This document shows, piece after piece, positions 11,711 through 23,250 of a DNA stretch of 47,662 nucleotides (position 1 is the first letter of the stretch; every line of letters starts with the position of its first letter). The stretch comes from Chiloscyllium plagiosum. Its lineage: Eukaryota. Below the pieces are notes generated by a model that was not told the DNA's origin, did not search any database, and was given only the letters and a program-made list of their open reading frames with translations. The translations under genes were made by a program, and so were the position numbers. Location: contig NC_057753.1 in the NCBI RefSeq assembly GCF_004010195.1, positions 8,167,998 to 8,215,659 on the forward strand. The letters are read 5' to 3'.

Positions 11711-14700
11711 TGTCCTCAATTGACCACTGCGTTCGGGACCTGGAACTGGAGCTGGATGAGATTCGGATCATTCGGGGGTTATTGAGAGGAGTTACAGGGA
11801 GGTAGTCACTCCTCGGGTTCAAGAAAATGCCAGATGGGTTACAGTCAGGGGATGGAAAGAGCACCGGCAGGCAATGCAGGGATCCCCTGTAGCCATTCCC
11901 CTCAACAATAAGTATACCGTTTTGGACACTGTTGAGGGGGATGACTTACCAGGGGAAAGCAGTGGGGCACAGAGTCTATCCCTGCTGCTCATAAGGGAAG
12001 GGGGAAGAGGAGCAGCGTAGTAGTGATTAAGGACTCCATAGTTAGGGGGGCAGATAGGAGGTACTGTGGGGACGAGAGAGACTCACGGTTGGTGTGTTGC
12101 CTCCCAGGTGCCAGGGTTCGTGATGTCTCTGATCGTGTTTTTGGGATCCTTAAGGGGGAGGGGGAGCAGCCCCAAGTCGTAGACCACACTGGTCGGAAGA
12201 CAGATGGGGATTTAAGGCAGAAATTCAGGGAGCTGGTATGGAAGCTTAGAGATAGGACAATCAGAATTGTTGTCTCTGGTTTGTTGCCCGTGCCACGTGC
12301 TAGTGAGGCGAGAAATAGGGACAGAGAGGAATTGAACACGTGGCTACAGGGATGGTGCAGGCGGGATGATTTTGTGGGGATGGAAATTCGCTAAGGCAAT
12401 TGGGGTGGGTTTAAATTAATCCAGCAGGGGGATGGGAACCAAAATTGTATTCGAGTAGAGAAAAGATTGAGAGGAGGTAGGTCCAAAATCAAGTTTCAAG
12501 GACGCAAGATAACACCAGCAAGCAAGAAGTAGGTTTGAAGTGTGTCTACTTCAACGCCAGGAGCATCCGGATTAAGGTGGATGAATTTCCAAGCATGGGT
12601 TGGTATTGGGACTTCGATGTTGTGGCCATTTCGGAGACTTGGATAGAGCAGGGACAGGAATGGTTGTTGCAGTTCCATGATTTAGATGTGTCAGTAAGAA
12701 CAGAGCAGATGGGAAAATGGGGTGTGGTGTGGCATTGTTGGTCAAGGACAGTATTGCAGTTTCAGAGACGACGATAGTGGACTCGTCAACTGAGGTAGTA
12801 TGGGCTGAGGTTAGAAACAGGAAGGGAAAGGTCACCCTGTTGGGAGTTTTCTATAGGCCTCCGAATAGTTCCAGAGATGTAGAAGAAAGGATAGCAAAGA
12901 TAATTCTCGATGGGGGGCTTCAACTTTCCAAATATTGAATGGGGACACGATAGCACGAGTACTATAGAGGCGTGTCAGTTTTTGTCCAGTGTGTGCAGGA
13001 GGGCTTCCTGAAGTATGTAGACAGGCCAATAAGGGGTGAAGCCACATTAGATTTGGTATTGCGTAACGAGCCGGCCAGGTGTTAGACTTGGAAGTAGGTG
13101 AGCACTTTGGTGATAGCGATCACATTTCTGTTATGTTTACTTTAGTGGTAGAAAGGGATATGTGTATACCACTGGGCAAGAGTTACAGCTGGGGGAAAGG
13201 CAATTACGATGCGATTAGGCAGGATTTATGAAGCATAGGTTGGTGAAAGAAACTGCAGGAGATGAGCACTTTAGAAATGTGGAGCTTATTCAAGGAAAAG
13301 CTCGTGAGTGTCCTCCATAAGCATGTACCTGTCAGGCAGGGAGGAAGTTGTCGAGCGCGGGAGCTGTGGATTACGAAGGAAGTGGAATCTTTGTTCAAGA
13401 GGACGAAGAAGGCTTATGTTAGGAAGAGATATGAAGGCTCAGTTAGGGCACATAAGGATTACAAGGTAGCCAGGAAAGACCTAAAGAGAGCTCTCAGAAG
13501 AGCCAGGAGGAGAGATGAGAAGCTGTTGGCGGAAAGGATTAGGGTAAACCCTAAGGCTTTCTATAAGTATTTATGGAATAAAAGAATGACGAGATTAAGA
13601 TTAGACCCAATCAAGGATAGTAGTGGGAAGTTGTGTGTGGAGTCAGAGGATTTGGGGAAGCAAACAATGAATATTTTTCGCCAAAACTATTCTTAGAAAT
13701 CGACAATGTTGTCGAGGAGAATACTGAGATACAGGCTACGAGACGAAGTGTGATTGAGGTTCACAAGGAAGAGGTATTAGAAATCCTGCAGAGTGTGAAA
13801 ATAGATAACGCCCCTGGGCCGGATGGGATTTATCCTAGGATCCTCTGGGAAGCCAGGGAGGAGATTGCCGAGCCTTTGACATTGATCTTTAAATCGTCGT
13901 TGTCTACAGGAATAGTGCCAGAAGAGTGGAGCATAGCAAATGTGGTCCCCCATTCAAGAAGGGGAGTAGAGACAACCCTGGTAATTATAGACCAGTGAGC
14001 CATACTTCAGTTGTTGGTAAAGTGTTGCTAAAGGTTTATGAGATAGGATTTATAATCATCTAGAAAAGAATAATTTGATTAGGAATAATCAGCACGGTTT
14101 TGTGAAGGGTACTTCGTGCCTCACAAACCTTATTGAGTTCTTGAAGAAGGTGACCAACCAGGTAGCTGAGAGTAAACCGGTTGATGTGGTCGATATGGAT
14201 TTCAGAAATGCGCTCAATAAGCTTCCCTACAGTAGGTTGTTGTAAAAATGCGGAGGAATGGGATTGTGGGAGATATAATAGTTTGGATCAGCAATTGGCT
14301 TGCTGAAAGAAGACAGAGGGTCGTGGTTTCGGGAAAATGTTCACCCTGGAGTCCAATTACCAGTGGTGTACCGCAAGGGTCGCTATTGGGTCCACTGCTG
14401 TTCGTCATTTTTATAAATATCTTGGATGAGGGTTTAGAAGGGTAGGTTAGTAAATTTGTAGTCGACATTAAGGTCGGTCGAGTTATGGGTAGTGACGAAG
14501 GATCATGTAGGTTACAAAGAGACATAGATAATCTGCAGAGCTGGGCTGAGCGGGAGCAAATGAAGTTTAAAGCGGACACGTCTGAGGTGATTCACTTTGG
14601 TCGGAGTAACCGGAATGCAAAGTACTGGGTTAATGGTAAGATTCTTGGTAGTGCAGATGAGCAAAGAGATCTCGGCGTGCATGTGCACAGATCCTTGAAA

Positions 14701-15018
14701 GTTGCCACCCATGTTGACAGGGTGGTTAAGAAGGCAAACAGTGTTTTAGCTTTTTATTAATAGAGGGATCGAGATCTGGAACCATGACGTTATTCTGCAG
14801 CTGTACAAAACTCTGGTGCTGCCGCACTTGGAGTATTAATACAGTTCTTGTCACCACATTATAAGATGGATGTGGAAGCTTTGGGAAGGATGCAGAGGAG
14901 ATTTACGAGGATGTTGCCTGGTATGGTGAGGAGGTCTTATGAGGAAAGGTTGAGCGACTTGAGACTGTTTTCGTTGGAGAGAAGAAGGTTGAGATGTGAC
15001 TTAATAGAGACTCATAAG
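11711..15018 (+). mobile_element. CR1 LINE with ORF1 (SGNH esterase-like) and ORF2 (APE endonuclease and RT), pseudogenised, 3' end missing
   Basis: ORF1 IKDSIVRG...CLPGARV (12023..12394), endonuclease YFNARSI...ISETW (12535), [19 protein letters not shown] and MQRRFTRMLPG. It has many stops and frameshifts and ends abruptly at DLIETHK. Confidence 0.93.
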
Positions 15019-15040
15019 ATTGTTGGTATTCCTGGTAAGT
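15019..15040 (+). pseudogene. Remnant of GPCR exon 1 of unit 2 (last 16 nt, IVGIP-G) with intact splice donor
   Basis: ATTGTTGGTATTCCTG|GTAAGT and the following intron 15035-15392 match the reverse complement of about 43015-42641. Confidence 0.85.
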
Positions 15041-16773
15041 CAATTTGTCTGTCTTTTAAAACAATTTGAACTGATTGTTGCTCCTGACATTTACATTTGG
15101 TAAAGGTGGGAGAAAATATCGTCAGTTCCAATTAGAAGTGTCTTTCATTCCATTTTTTTAAAATGTTGCTATTACTAATAGCTAGTATATAATTATAAAC
15201 CCCTCCATCACCAATATCTGAGGAACCAGACGGCTCACAGATTCCTTGATTCTATTCGGACTGTTCTGCTTTATGTCTCCAGATCCTTTCCAGCAGCACC
15301 AGCAGAACATGGCGGTATCCACCTCAGCCACATTGCAGGTTCTGTGCCTTTGACAAACCCGACTGAGCTCTTCCAAGTCTCTTATGGCTGCAGTGAAGTC
15401 CCGGGGATTGAGATTATAGACGTTTTCAGACCACAACCTCCTTATTGGAAACATTCCCGTTAATTCGCATTCAATTCACCTTTGTTCGAGTTGTATGATA
15501 TTATACCAGATAAATACCACGTTAATACCAGGGCCAGTGACTCTTACTCGAGCCCTTAATATCACCTCATGTCTTCATGTCAGTGGTTCATGGTGTCTGT
15601 GCGATTGGTGTTGTCTTCTCACATCAGAAATTCTTTGTTCCATATACTTAGGAATGTTCTTTTACCCTTTGACCCTCTTAAAAATGTTGTGGAAGAACTT
15701 TTGACCCTTCAGAAGCTAAAACGCGTTGGGCATGAAAGAAGCATTGAAGGGTACAACACATAAGCTATGATCGTATTTAACCGGAAGGCAGATTTGTGGG
15801 CTAGTTTGACTGCTTCTTTTTTTATGTTTTCATATTCAGTTTTTGCCAAGTTAACGGTCATTATTTTCCAGGAACATTTTTAAAGGAATGTAACAGTCTG
15901 GCAGAAAAGAGAATTTTGTGAGAGATCTCAAGGTGAGGTGTAAGACTGCATCCACATTGAATCTGAATCTATAACATGATCAAAAACAAAGTTGAATTTG
16001 CAGACAGGTGAATCTCTGTGAAGATAACTGAGAGAGCTCTTATGTACCCAGCCTGGATTTTTGAATAATATTTTCCAATCTGTAACATGCCCTGTACGAT
16101 AGCATTGAGGGATTGAATGTTGTCCTCGCGTCCTGTGTGCAAAGAACTTGGAGCAAACAGCCTCGATCTGCTCCTATGTAGCAGATTTGTGGGGCTGAAT
16201 TGAACATGGTAACATCAGACTGAGGTGCGGGAGTGGGTTATGAGACACTTTGTCCCTGCTTCACTGGATGCTAAGACCGTGGCCTCAGACAACTTCCCAT
16301 TCTGTATCACACTGTGCTTAACTCACCAGTCTGTCAAATATCTAATTGACGGAATGCAAACACCCAGGCACCACCAACTTATCAGAAGGAGAATTCTGAC
16401 GTGAATGGACGTTATTTGAATTTCTCATAGTTGCTAATTTGAATGGGTTGGCGGGCAAGTGTTTCTTTTCCTATTCCATCCCCTCCTCTGGAAACATCAA
16501 ATTCTAATTATAAGAAGATTGGTGACATTGCTAATTTATACATGTCTCAGCTGGTGTCAGAGTCCCTGTTTAGAAAAAGTTAGGCGTCTGAATTTAATCC
16601 GTAACAAAATAAAGCTAGTACATTTCCAAAACAAAGTTATTGAAAAACTCTGGACAAGTGAATAATACACAGTTTGGACATTGAAAACATGCAATTGAAT
16701 ATTTACCTTCTGATTATTACTGAGACACAAAGCCAAGTGCATGGGCACAAAGACAGGTGTACATAAATGGATA

Positions 16774-16988
16774 CTGCTGAAAATGTGTTGCTGGAACAGC
16801 GCAGCAGGTCAGGCAGCATCCAGGGAAGAGGAGAATCGACGTTTCGGGCATAAGCCCTTCTTCAGGAAGGGCTTATGCCCAAAACGTCGATTCTCCTGTT
16901 CCCTGGATGCTGCCTGACCTGCTGCGCTGTTCCAGCAACACATTTTCAGCTCTGATCTCCAGCATCTGCAGACCTCACTTTCTCCTCC
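16774..16988 (+). mobile_element. Short Penelope-derived foldback element with 14-bp TSD and a hammerhead at its centre
   Basis: Arms 16776-16860 and 16866-16950 have 2 mismatches. TSD tacataaatggata at 16760-16773 and 16989-17002. Empty paralogous site at about 4277-4290. Confidence 0.9.
16838..16865 (-). ncRNA. Minimal hammerhead ribozyme core
   Basis: The minus strand reads CTGAAGAAGGGCTTATGCCCGAAACGTC, identical to 7519-7546. Confidence 0.7.
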
Positions 16989-17843
16989 TACATAAATGGA
17001 TAGACACACACGTCTCAAGACATGCAAAAACAAATGTCAATGCTGCAGAATGTCATCTCGAAAAATCATTGACAAAATAGCTTTGTGAATTGTGGCAAAA
17101 ATAAAAATAAGAGATTGCTTAAAGCATTATTCAAATATCCGAATTAGTTTTTTCCCCTGGAGCAGTTATATGAGATCGATTTGATACAGGCATTCGGAAG
17201 ATTCCAACGAATCATTGACAGGATTCCTTCACGAGTGGTATTGGTGACTGAAAGGTTTCAGATCTCACATTGCCGTGAGAAGTAACGAAGAACGAGACGG
17301 AGCAATTGGCCTTTGCATCTCAGACAGATTACGTTTCCTCTCCCTCTGAGTCGAAATATACAATGATATCATCCGACTCCAAAGGCTTTGAACATTCTCT
17401 GCTTTCAATAACTCTTTCATATTTCCCAGAGACGTGTACTTGCATTGTTGCGGCTGTTGTATCCAGTTCCCAATGATGAGTAAAATTTGCACCCACTGCA
17501 TGATTTGATGTCAGTCTTAAATGTGCCACAGAATTTTTAAGCAATTGCTTCACACATTGAATGATCAGATTAAGTCGGAGGTAAAGGTCATTCTGAAACA
17601 TGAGCTGTGGAATCTAGGCACGTGACCTGTGGAAGACCAGGGCAAGACTTTCGGTAATATGCACTTCGAAGGTCAGATAATCTTACTGCGTCATGTTAAT
17701 GCTTGGGACAGATTGGGAAAATTCAACAAAGGCAAACAACATAAGTCAAATCAAAGAGTGTGGTTTCGAAAAAAAGACAGATATTGTAGAAACCTGAGAT
17801 TATTGAGAAATTTCCGAAACAGAAATTTCTGTCCCCCAATACA

Positions 17844-18504
17844 AGAATGGTAGTAGGGATATTCCGGGTAACTGCAGACCAGTGAGCCTGACCTCAATGG
17901 TGGGGAAGTTGCTGGAGAGGGTATTGAGAGATAGGATATATTTATATTTGGAAAGGAATAAGCTTATCGGTGATGGGCAACATGGGTTTGTGAGGGGGGA
18001 ATCGGGCTTACCAACTTGATAGATTTCTCTGAGGAAGTAACCAAGTTGCTAAATGAAGGAAGGTCTGTTGATGTCATAAACATGGACTTTAGTAAGTCGT
18101 TTGATAAGGTTCCCCATTGTAGACGAACGGAGAAAGTGAAGTGTCGTGGTGTGCAGGGTGTTCCAGCTAGTTTGAGCTGTTTGAGCAGCTTTACAAAATC
18201 ATAAAGGGTATAGACAGGATGGATAGAGACAAGCTTATTTCCAGGGTAGGATTCAATAACGACAGGTCATGCTTTCAAAGTGAGAGGTGGAATATTTAAG
18301 GGGGATACAAGCGGTAAGTACTTCACACAGAGGGTGGTGGGCAGTGATAGAGGCAGGCACTGTAGATTCATTTAAGATACGTCTGGACAAATACATGAGG
18401 AGATGGGTAGCAGAGGGGTACCGATGCTTAGGAATGGACCGACAGGTTTAGACAGTACGTTTGGATCAGCCTGTTCCTCGCCTGTTCTTTGTTTTTTTTG
18501 TTCT
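17844..18504 (+). mobile_element. CR1 LINE fragment, paralog of 4984-6704 with a large internal deletion
   Basis: Same flanks as the 4984 copy. At about 18170-18190 it jumps from the equivalent of about 5310 to about 6345. Confidence 0.88.
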
Positions 18505-18779
18505 AGAAAAGAAAAATAAACTAATAAGGAAATCAAAATGAGTAAACGAATGGAAACCAAAAACACAAAAACTGACTAAACACTTGTGTCGATATTGAAT
18601 GAAGTGGCAAGCAAAATCAGATGTGGAAACTTTATAGACAGGGATAAGGAGGGTCGTTGCAGAGACAGGGCAATAGCACTGAAACTAACCAGTTACTTTG
18701 TATCTGTCTTCATGGAGGTAGAATCAGAAAACTTCCCTGAAAACCAAGTGTTCACATGATCTTTGTACTGCGAAATGCA

Positions 18780-21072
18780 ATGATATGAATAACAATGTAG
18801 GGCTTGAAAATGTTACTGGATTGTGCATTGTTATATCAAAGGATCAGATGTGCTTCATTCCGGATCATCGAAATAGACATAGACAATGCATCTATAAACA
18901 TAATAACTGCATTGCTAATTACTCTTTTATTTATCCCTGTACTTTCTTTAAAGGCAGGGAGCCATTTTAGAAAATTGTTAGGGAGCAAAAGGAATCCAAA
19001 CATTTTCAAAGTGATGAAGAAAGAGTGTAGTGTGCTGCAAAGCAATTAACTTGATATTCTCTGGAGGGAAACTGTTCAGATCCATTATATAGCACGTGAT
19101 ATTAGATACTTCGAAGGTAAGAACACAATAGAAAGATCAGTAAGAATTTCCGAAAAGGAAATCACAATTGTTAATCTTCAGAATTTTTGATTGTGTTTCT
19201 TGCAGCATAGCTAATGGACACACCACGGATGACATATATTTCCATTGCTGCAAAGTCCTCTCGAATAAAACATTGCCCAAATAAGTAAATACAAGGAATG
19301 GTATTGGGAGGAAGGCATGCGGATAGCATAGATAAGAAGCAGTTGGCCTTCATTTAAAAGGATCGCAGTCCAGACATGTAGCCGTCCTGCACCAGCTGGA
19401 TAGAGTGGTGGTGATACTGAGACTGGAGCAATCTGCACAAATATTGTTCTAGCTATCGAAGGATACATATTGGCCAAGTGAAATTGCAATAGACGTTCAC
19501 CTGACTAATCTGTACAAATTTCATTCTGTCTGACGCAGTGACTTGATCCGTGATCTCAAGTTTCAAAGAATGAGAGATGATCGCAGTGAAATTTAGAAAA
19601 TATAAAGAACGTATGACAACGTGGATATAAATAGAAGTTTTTTCTCCAGCTGCCGACACATTTTTTGGGCATGATGTCACGATAGGCAGCTGGCCATTCA
19701 AGCCTTCAGTAAGGAGGAAATGCTTCACTCAGAGGGTTCTCCAACACAGGGGCATGAAAAAGTGCTGGCAGGGAAGATCACAGACAATCCAAGATATTCT
19801 GCAAGTGTATCAAGTGAATAGAATAACTAGGATACAAATGATGCCCATTAGAAACCAGTCTGTGCGTGACACAGAAGGTTGTTCGATTGTGGAATGAGTT
19901 CTTCCCTGTGTCACTCGAGAGAAGAAGGATGCAGACAGAGAAACCGAAAAGGTGGACGATGATGCTCTTCAGCAGATCCATACGGTGTGCGAGCAGGTAT
20001 TGGAAATTTTGGGCTTGTTTAAATTTGAAGATATCAAAGTTTGCATGTGTTGTATCTCATGCTGTTGTAGGAGACGAGAAAGAAAAGTTGCTGTCACAAA
20101 ATTTTAAATCACCTTCGGTCAGCTAATGTTGTGTCACTTTGCAGGAAGGGCTTATGCCTGAAACGTCGATTCTCCTGCTCCTCGGATGCTGCTTGCCTGC
20201 TGTGTTTTTCCAGCACCACATTTTTCAACTCTTGTCTCCAGCATCTGCAGTCCTCACTTTCTCCTCACTTTACAGGACGGGTGGTGAAGGTAAAGCTGGG
20301 GAATATGGACCACACACATCAATGTTAGGAACCTAAAGGGGAAAGCAGGGAATGAGAAAAATGATCACCATTCGAGAGGCAAGGCTTGATCGGGTGCGGT
20401 CAGTGTGTCTTTATAACAGCAAGATAATTTATATTGCTTATTCAGCTAGACATTTGTCAAAGGCTGACAAGGGGAACTGATGACACAAAGACTCATGGTA
20501 TCGAGGGTTTTTTGGCAAGTTGCATCCAAAATCGACAGGGTAGCAGGAGAGAGAAGATAGTGGTAGAAATCTGTTTCTGTGATTGGAGACCAGTGTTCTG
20601 TGGCATTCCCCATAGACCAGAGTTGTGTCCCGTATTACTTGGCTTTTTCAGAAATGACACGGATGTGAGTAAGTTTGCGTTTGACACGAAGGTTGGAAGA
20701 GCTGATAGTGTTAAGATGGAAGGTAAGATGTAATTGGAATACTTAGATAGGATGATCAATGGGAGACGGAAAGTAAATTTGATAAATATGCGGTGATGTA
20801 TTTTGGAAGAAAGAACAAGACAGGGTAGCACTCAATGAATGGCAGCATAATCGAAAGCTCAGAGAATGGTTCTTCACAGATGCCTGCAGATGACTGGACA
20901 TATTGTCACATGAGTAAAGAAAGACGAGAGACACATAGACATATGCACAACCTCTAACCAAGAACACACAGATTGCGAGAGTCAGGAGATTATGTGGGAG
21001 ATGTTTGGGGGGAAGGGAAGGGAACCGATGGGAGACTGTCTGCAGTTCTGTTTGACACATTACAGAAGGTTT
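18780..21072 (+). repeat. GPCR intron paralogous block (includes old CR1 remnants), direct copy at about 35923-38139
   Basis: The spurious ORF pairs 18804/35948, 19453/36599 and 19866/36988 are clearly homologous. Confidence 0.92.
20147..20264 (+). mobile_element. Penelope 3' stub beginning inside the hammerhead core, 13-bp TSD
   Basis: agggcttatgcctgaaacgtcgattctcc...ctcactttctcc. TSD tcacttt(g/a)cagga at 20134-20146 and 20265-20277. Empty site at about 37289. Confidence 0.82.
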
Positions 21073-21398
21073 GTAACTGCACTGGCCGGTGTGAAGAAAC
21101 AAATCACCAGGTTTCTGCCGGGAGTGGAGCTCGTCGGCAAAGATGAGATGCTTAATAATCGAGGTTTGTTTTGTTCTTCGGCAGAGGAGGCTGACGGGGC
21201 GAACAACACCAGGTGTATAAGGTTAGGGGTGGCATGGACAGGGTGGATGGAACAGCATTTTAAAATGGAATGTTTTATGTTCAGAGTGGATTTGAGGATT
21301 ACTTTTCACCCACACGCTTTTTGAGTCCGGAATGCCTGAGATAGTAGTTATGATGGGCAATCTCACACCCATTAAAAGGACTTTGATGAGTATTTGAA

Positions 21399-21492
21399 CC
21401 TGCTCCTCGGATGCTGCCTGATCTGCTGTGATTTTCCAGCACCACTATAAGCTCGACTCTGCTTTTCCAGCATCTGCAGTCCTTGCTTTTAA
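21399..21492 (+). mobile_element. Older Penelope 3' UTR fragment (inverted paralog at about 32722-32812)
   Basis: cctgctcctcggatgctgcctgatctgctgtgattttccagcaccac...ccagcatctgcagtcc. Confidence 0.7.
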
Positions 21493-21739
21493 CTATTTGA
21501 AATGTCATGACGTTCATGACCTGAAGCCTCATGTGGAAACGTGGAATTAAGGCAGATTTGTTCCATTTTTGGTGCCGGCGACTCTATGCTTCTGCGATTC
21601 TATGACTATAGAAGATCAATGATTGCACTAATATGAGGCAGGAATTGGTGGATGCGTCAACAGCTGTTATAAAATGAACTGTAACAGCTTCGAAAATCAT
21701 GCCAAGTTCAACAGCTGTAGAAGTCAAAATTCGATACAA

Positions 21740-22285
21740 TGTGAATCCATGACTGAAGAACAGGGCAATGGCAGAACTGTTAAGCAGCCAGTTCAACCTG
21801 TCTTCATTGAAGAAAAAGTAAAACAAGAAATCTTCCCATAAAAATAGGTATGATGAGAGACAGGAAATAAAATGCAATTTGTAAATAAATGCATTTGGTG
21901 GAGGTACTGAAGTTGAAATTAATGGGCATAGCCAAATCAATGTAGATTTCTGTAATGGGAAACATAGCTGAGAAACTGACTGGTAGACATAACAAGGGGA
22001 GGACAGTCAATAAAATGCATTTGATTTCCAAAAAAAAAATCAATTCTGACAGTGTCCGATGCATTGAGCACAAAAAATAAAGCATTTACGATTGGGGCTA
22101 ATTCATCAGCATGGACTGAGAAAGTAACATCCATCCAACAGTAGTAACTAGGAATACACGTGTTTATATTTGGAGTGGGAAGCTAATGCTGTGCGGCAAT
22201 GATTGATGTTTGGGCCTCAGCTATTCACAGTGCATATCAAACATTTGATAGAGGAAATCAAATGCAATATTTATAACTCTGCTCA
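21740..22285 (+). mobile_element. Old degraded CR1 RT remnant (inverted paralog at about 31710-32430)
   Basis: Residual RT-like text such as gggcctcagctattcacagtgcatatcaaacatttgatagagga (GPQLFTxYINDLD-like). Confidence 0.55.
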
Positions 22286-22354
22286 CGGTGAAAAAATCCG
22301 TGTATGTGCGTGCGCGCGTGTGTGCGTAGAGGAGGGGTAGTATTGGGGATTATC

Positions 22355-22672
22355 CATGTTCGGTACCCATGGGGATGGCCTCAAAAGGGACCTAAGGTAT
22401 AAGTCTGTGAGAGGGTGCGTATATTGCACTACACACTCAGACACACACACATGCGCACACATACATACAGACAGACGCACACACAGGCACTCCTAAGCGT
22501 GCACACACACAGACTCCCGCACACACACACTCCTACAGACAGACCACACTAACGCAGACCCTCTCTGACTGGCTCCCACACGCAACCTATCACAGACTTA
22601 GACTCATTTACTTTCACACTCACACACGTACACACACTCTCACCGAGACACATGTGTATTCCCACACCGGCA

Positions 22673-22752
<80 letters not shown>

Positions 22753-23250
22753 TTGTGGAGTGTCTTTGTCCTTGCAGAATTACATTTCACTTTGATCAAT
22801 AACTGCATAAATCAATGTAAAAATTCTGAAAATCCGTTTTATGAATTAGATACAGTTTGACCATTGTCGTACAGACTGCCTCACAAAGGGAAGCTGTAAC
22901 CTTCAATACATTATCTGGGCCAAAATGGCACTTATTGTTGAAGTTCACTTGAGAATGTATCTTTTAAAAAAAGTATTGCGTTTTAAGATAAAACTGGAAC
23001 CAGCATGGTCATTCTAAAAGATGTGAAACTTAACAAACAATACAGGTCTTCATCAATTTATAATTTTAATGACATCGCATTGGAAACTTTTGCTATAAAT
23101 TCTGTGTTTTACAAACATTTTCTCCACAACCACCTGATGAAACAGCAGCACTCGAAATCTAATGCTTCCAAATAAACCTATTGGAATGTAACCTGGTGTT
23201 GTGTGATTTTTTGCTTTGTACACCCAAGCCCAACACTGGCATCTCTAAAT
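22355..23250 (+). mobile_element. Third Penelope-like family 3' end with CA-rich UTR and degenerate hammerhead (inverted paralog at about 30700-31655)
   Basis: ttcggtacccatggggatggcctcaaaagggac translates as FGTHGDGLKRD, a GIY-YIG C-terminal GLN-type motif. CTGATGA...GAAA at 23134-23157 is followed by AATAAA. Confidence 0.7.
22674..22751 (+). repeat. (CA)39 microsatellite
   Basis: Perfect dinucleotide run. Confidence 0.97.

Noticed and set aside
22549..22860. CV- and TH-repeat ORFs (also 31114-31603)
   Set aside because: Translations of CA/TG microsatellite DNA.
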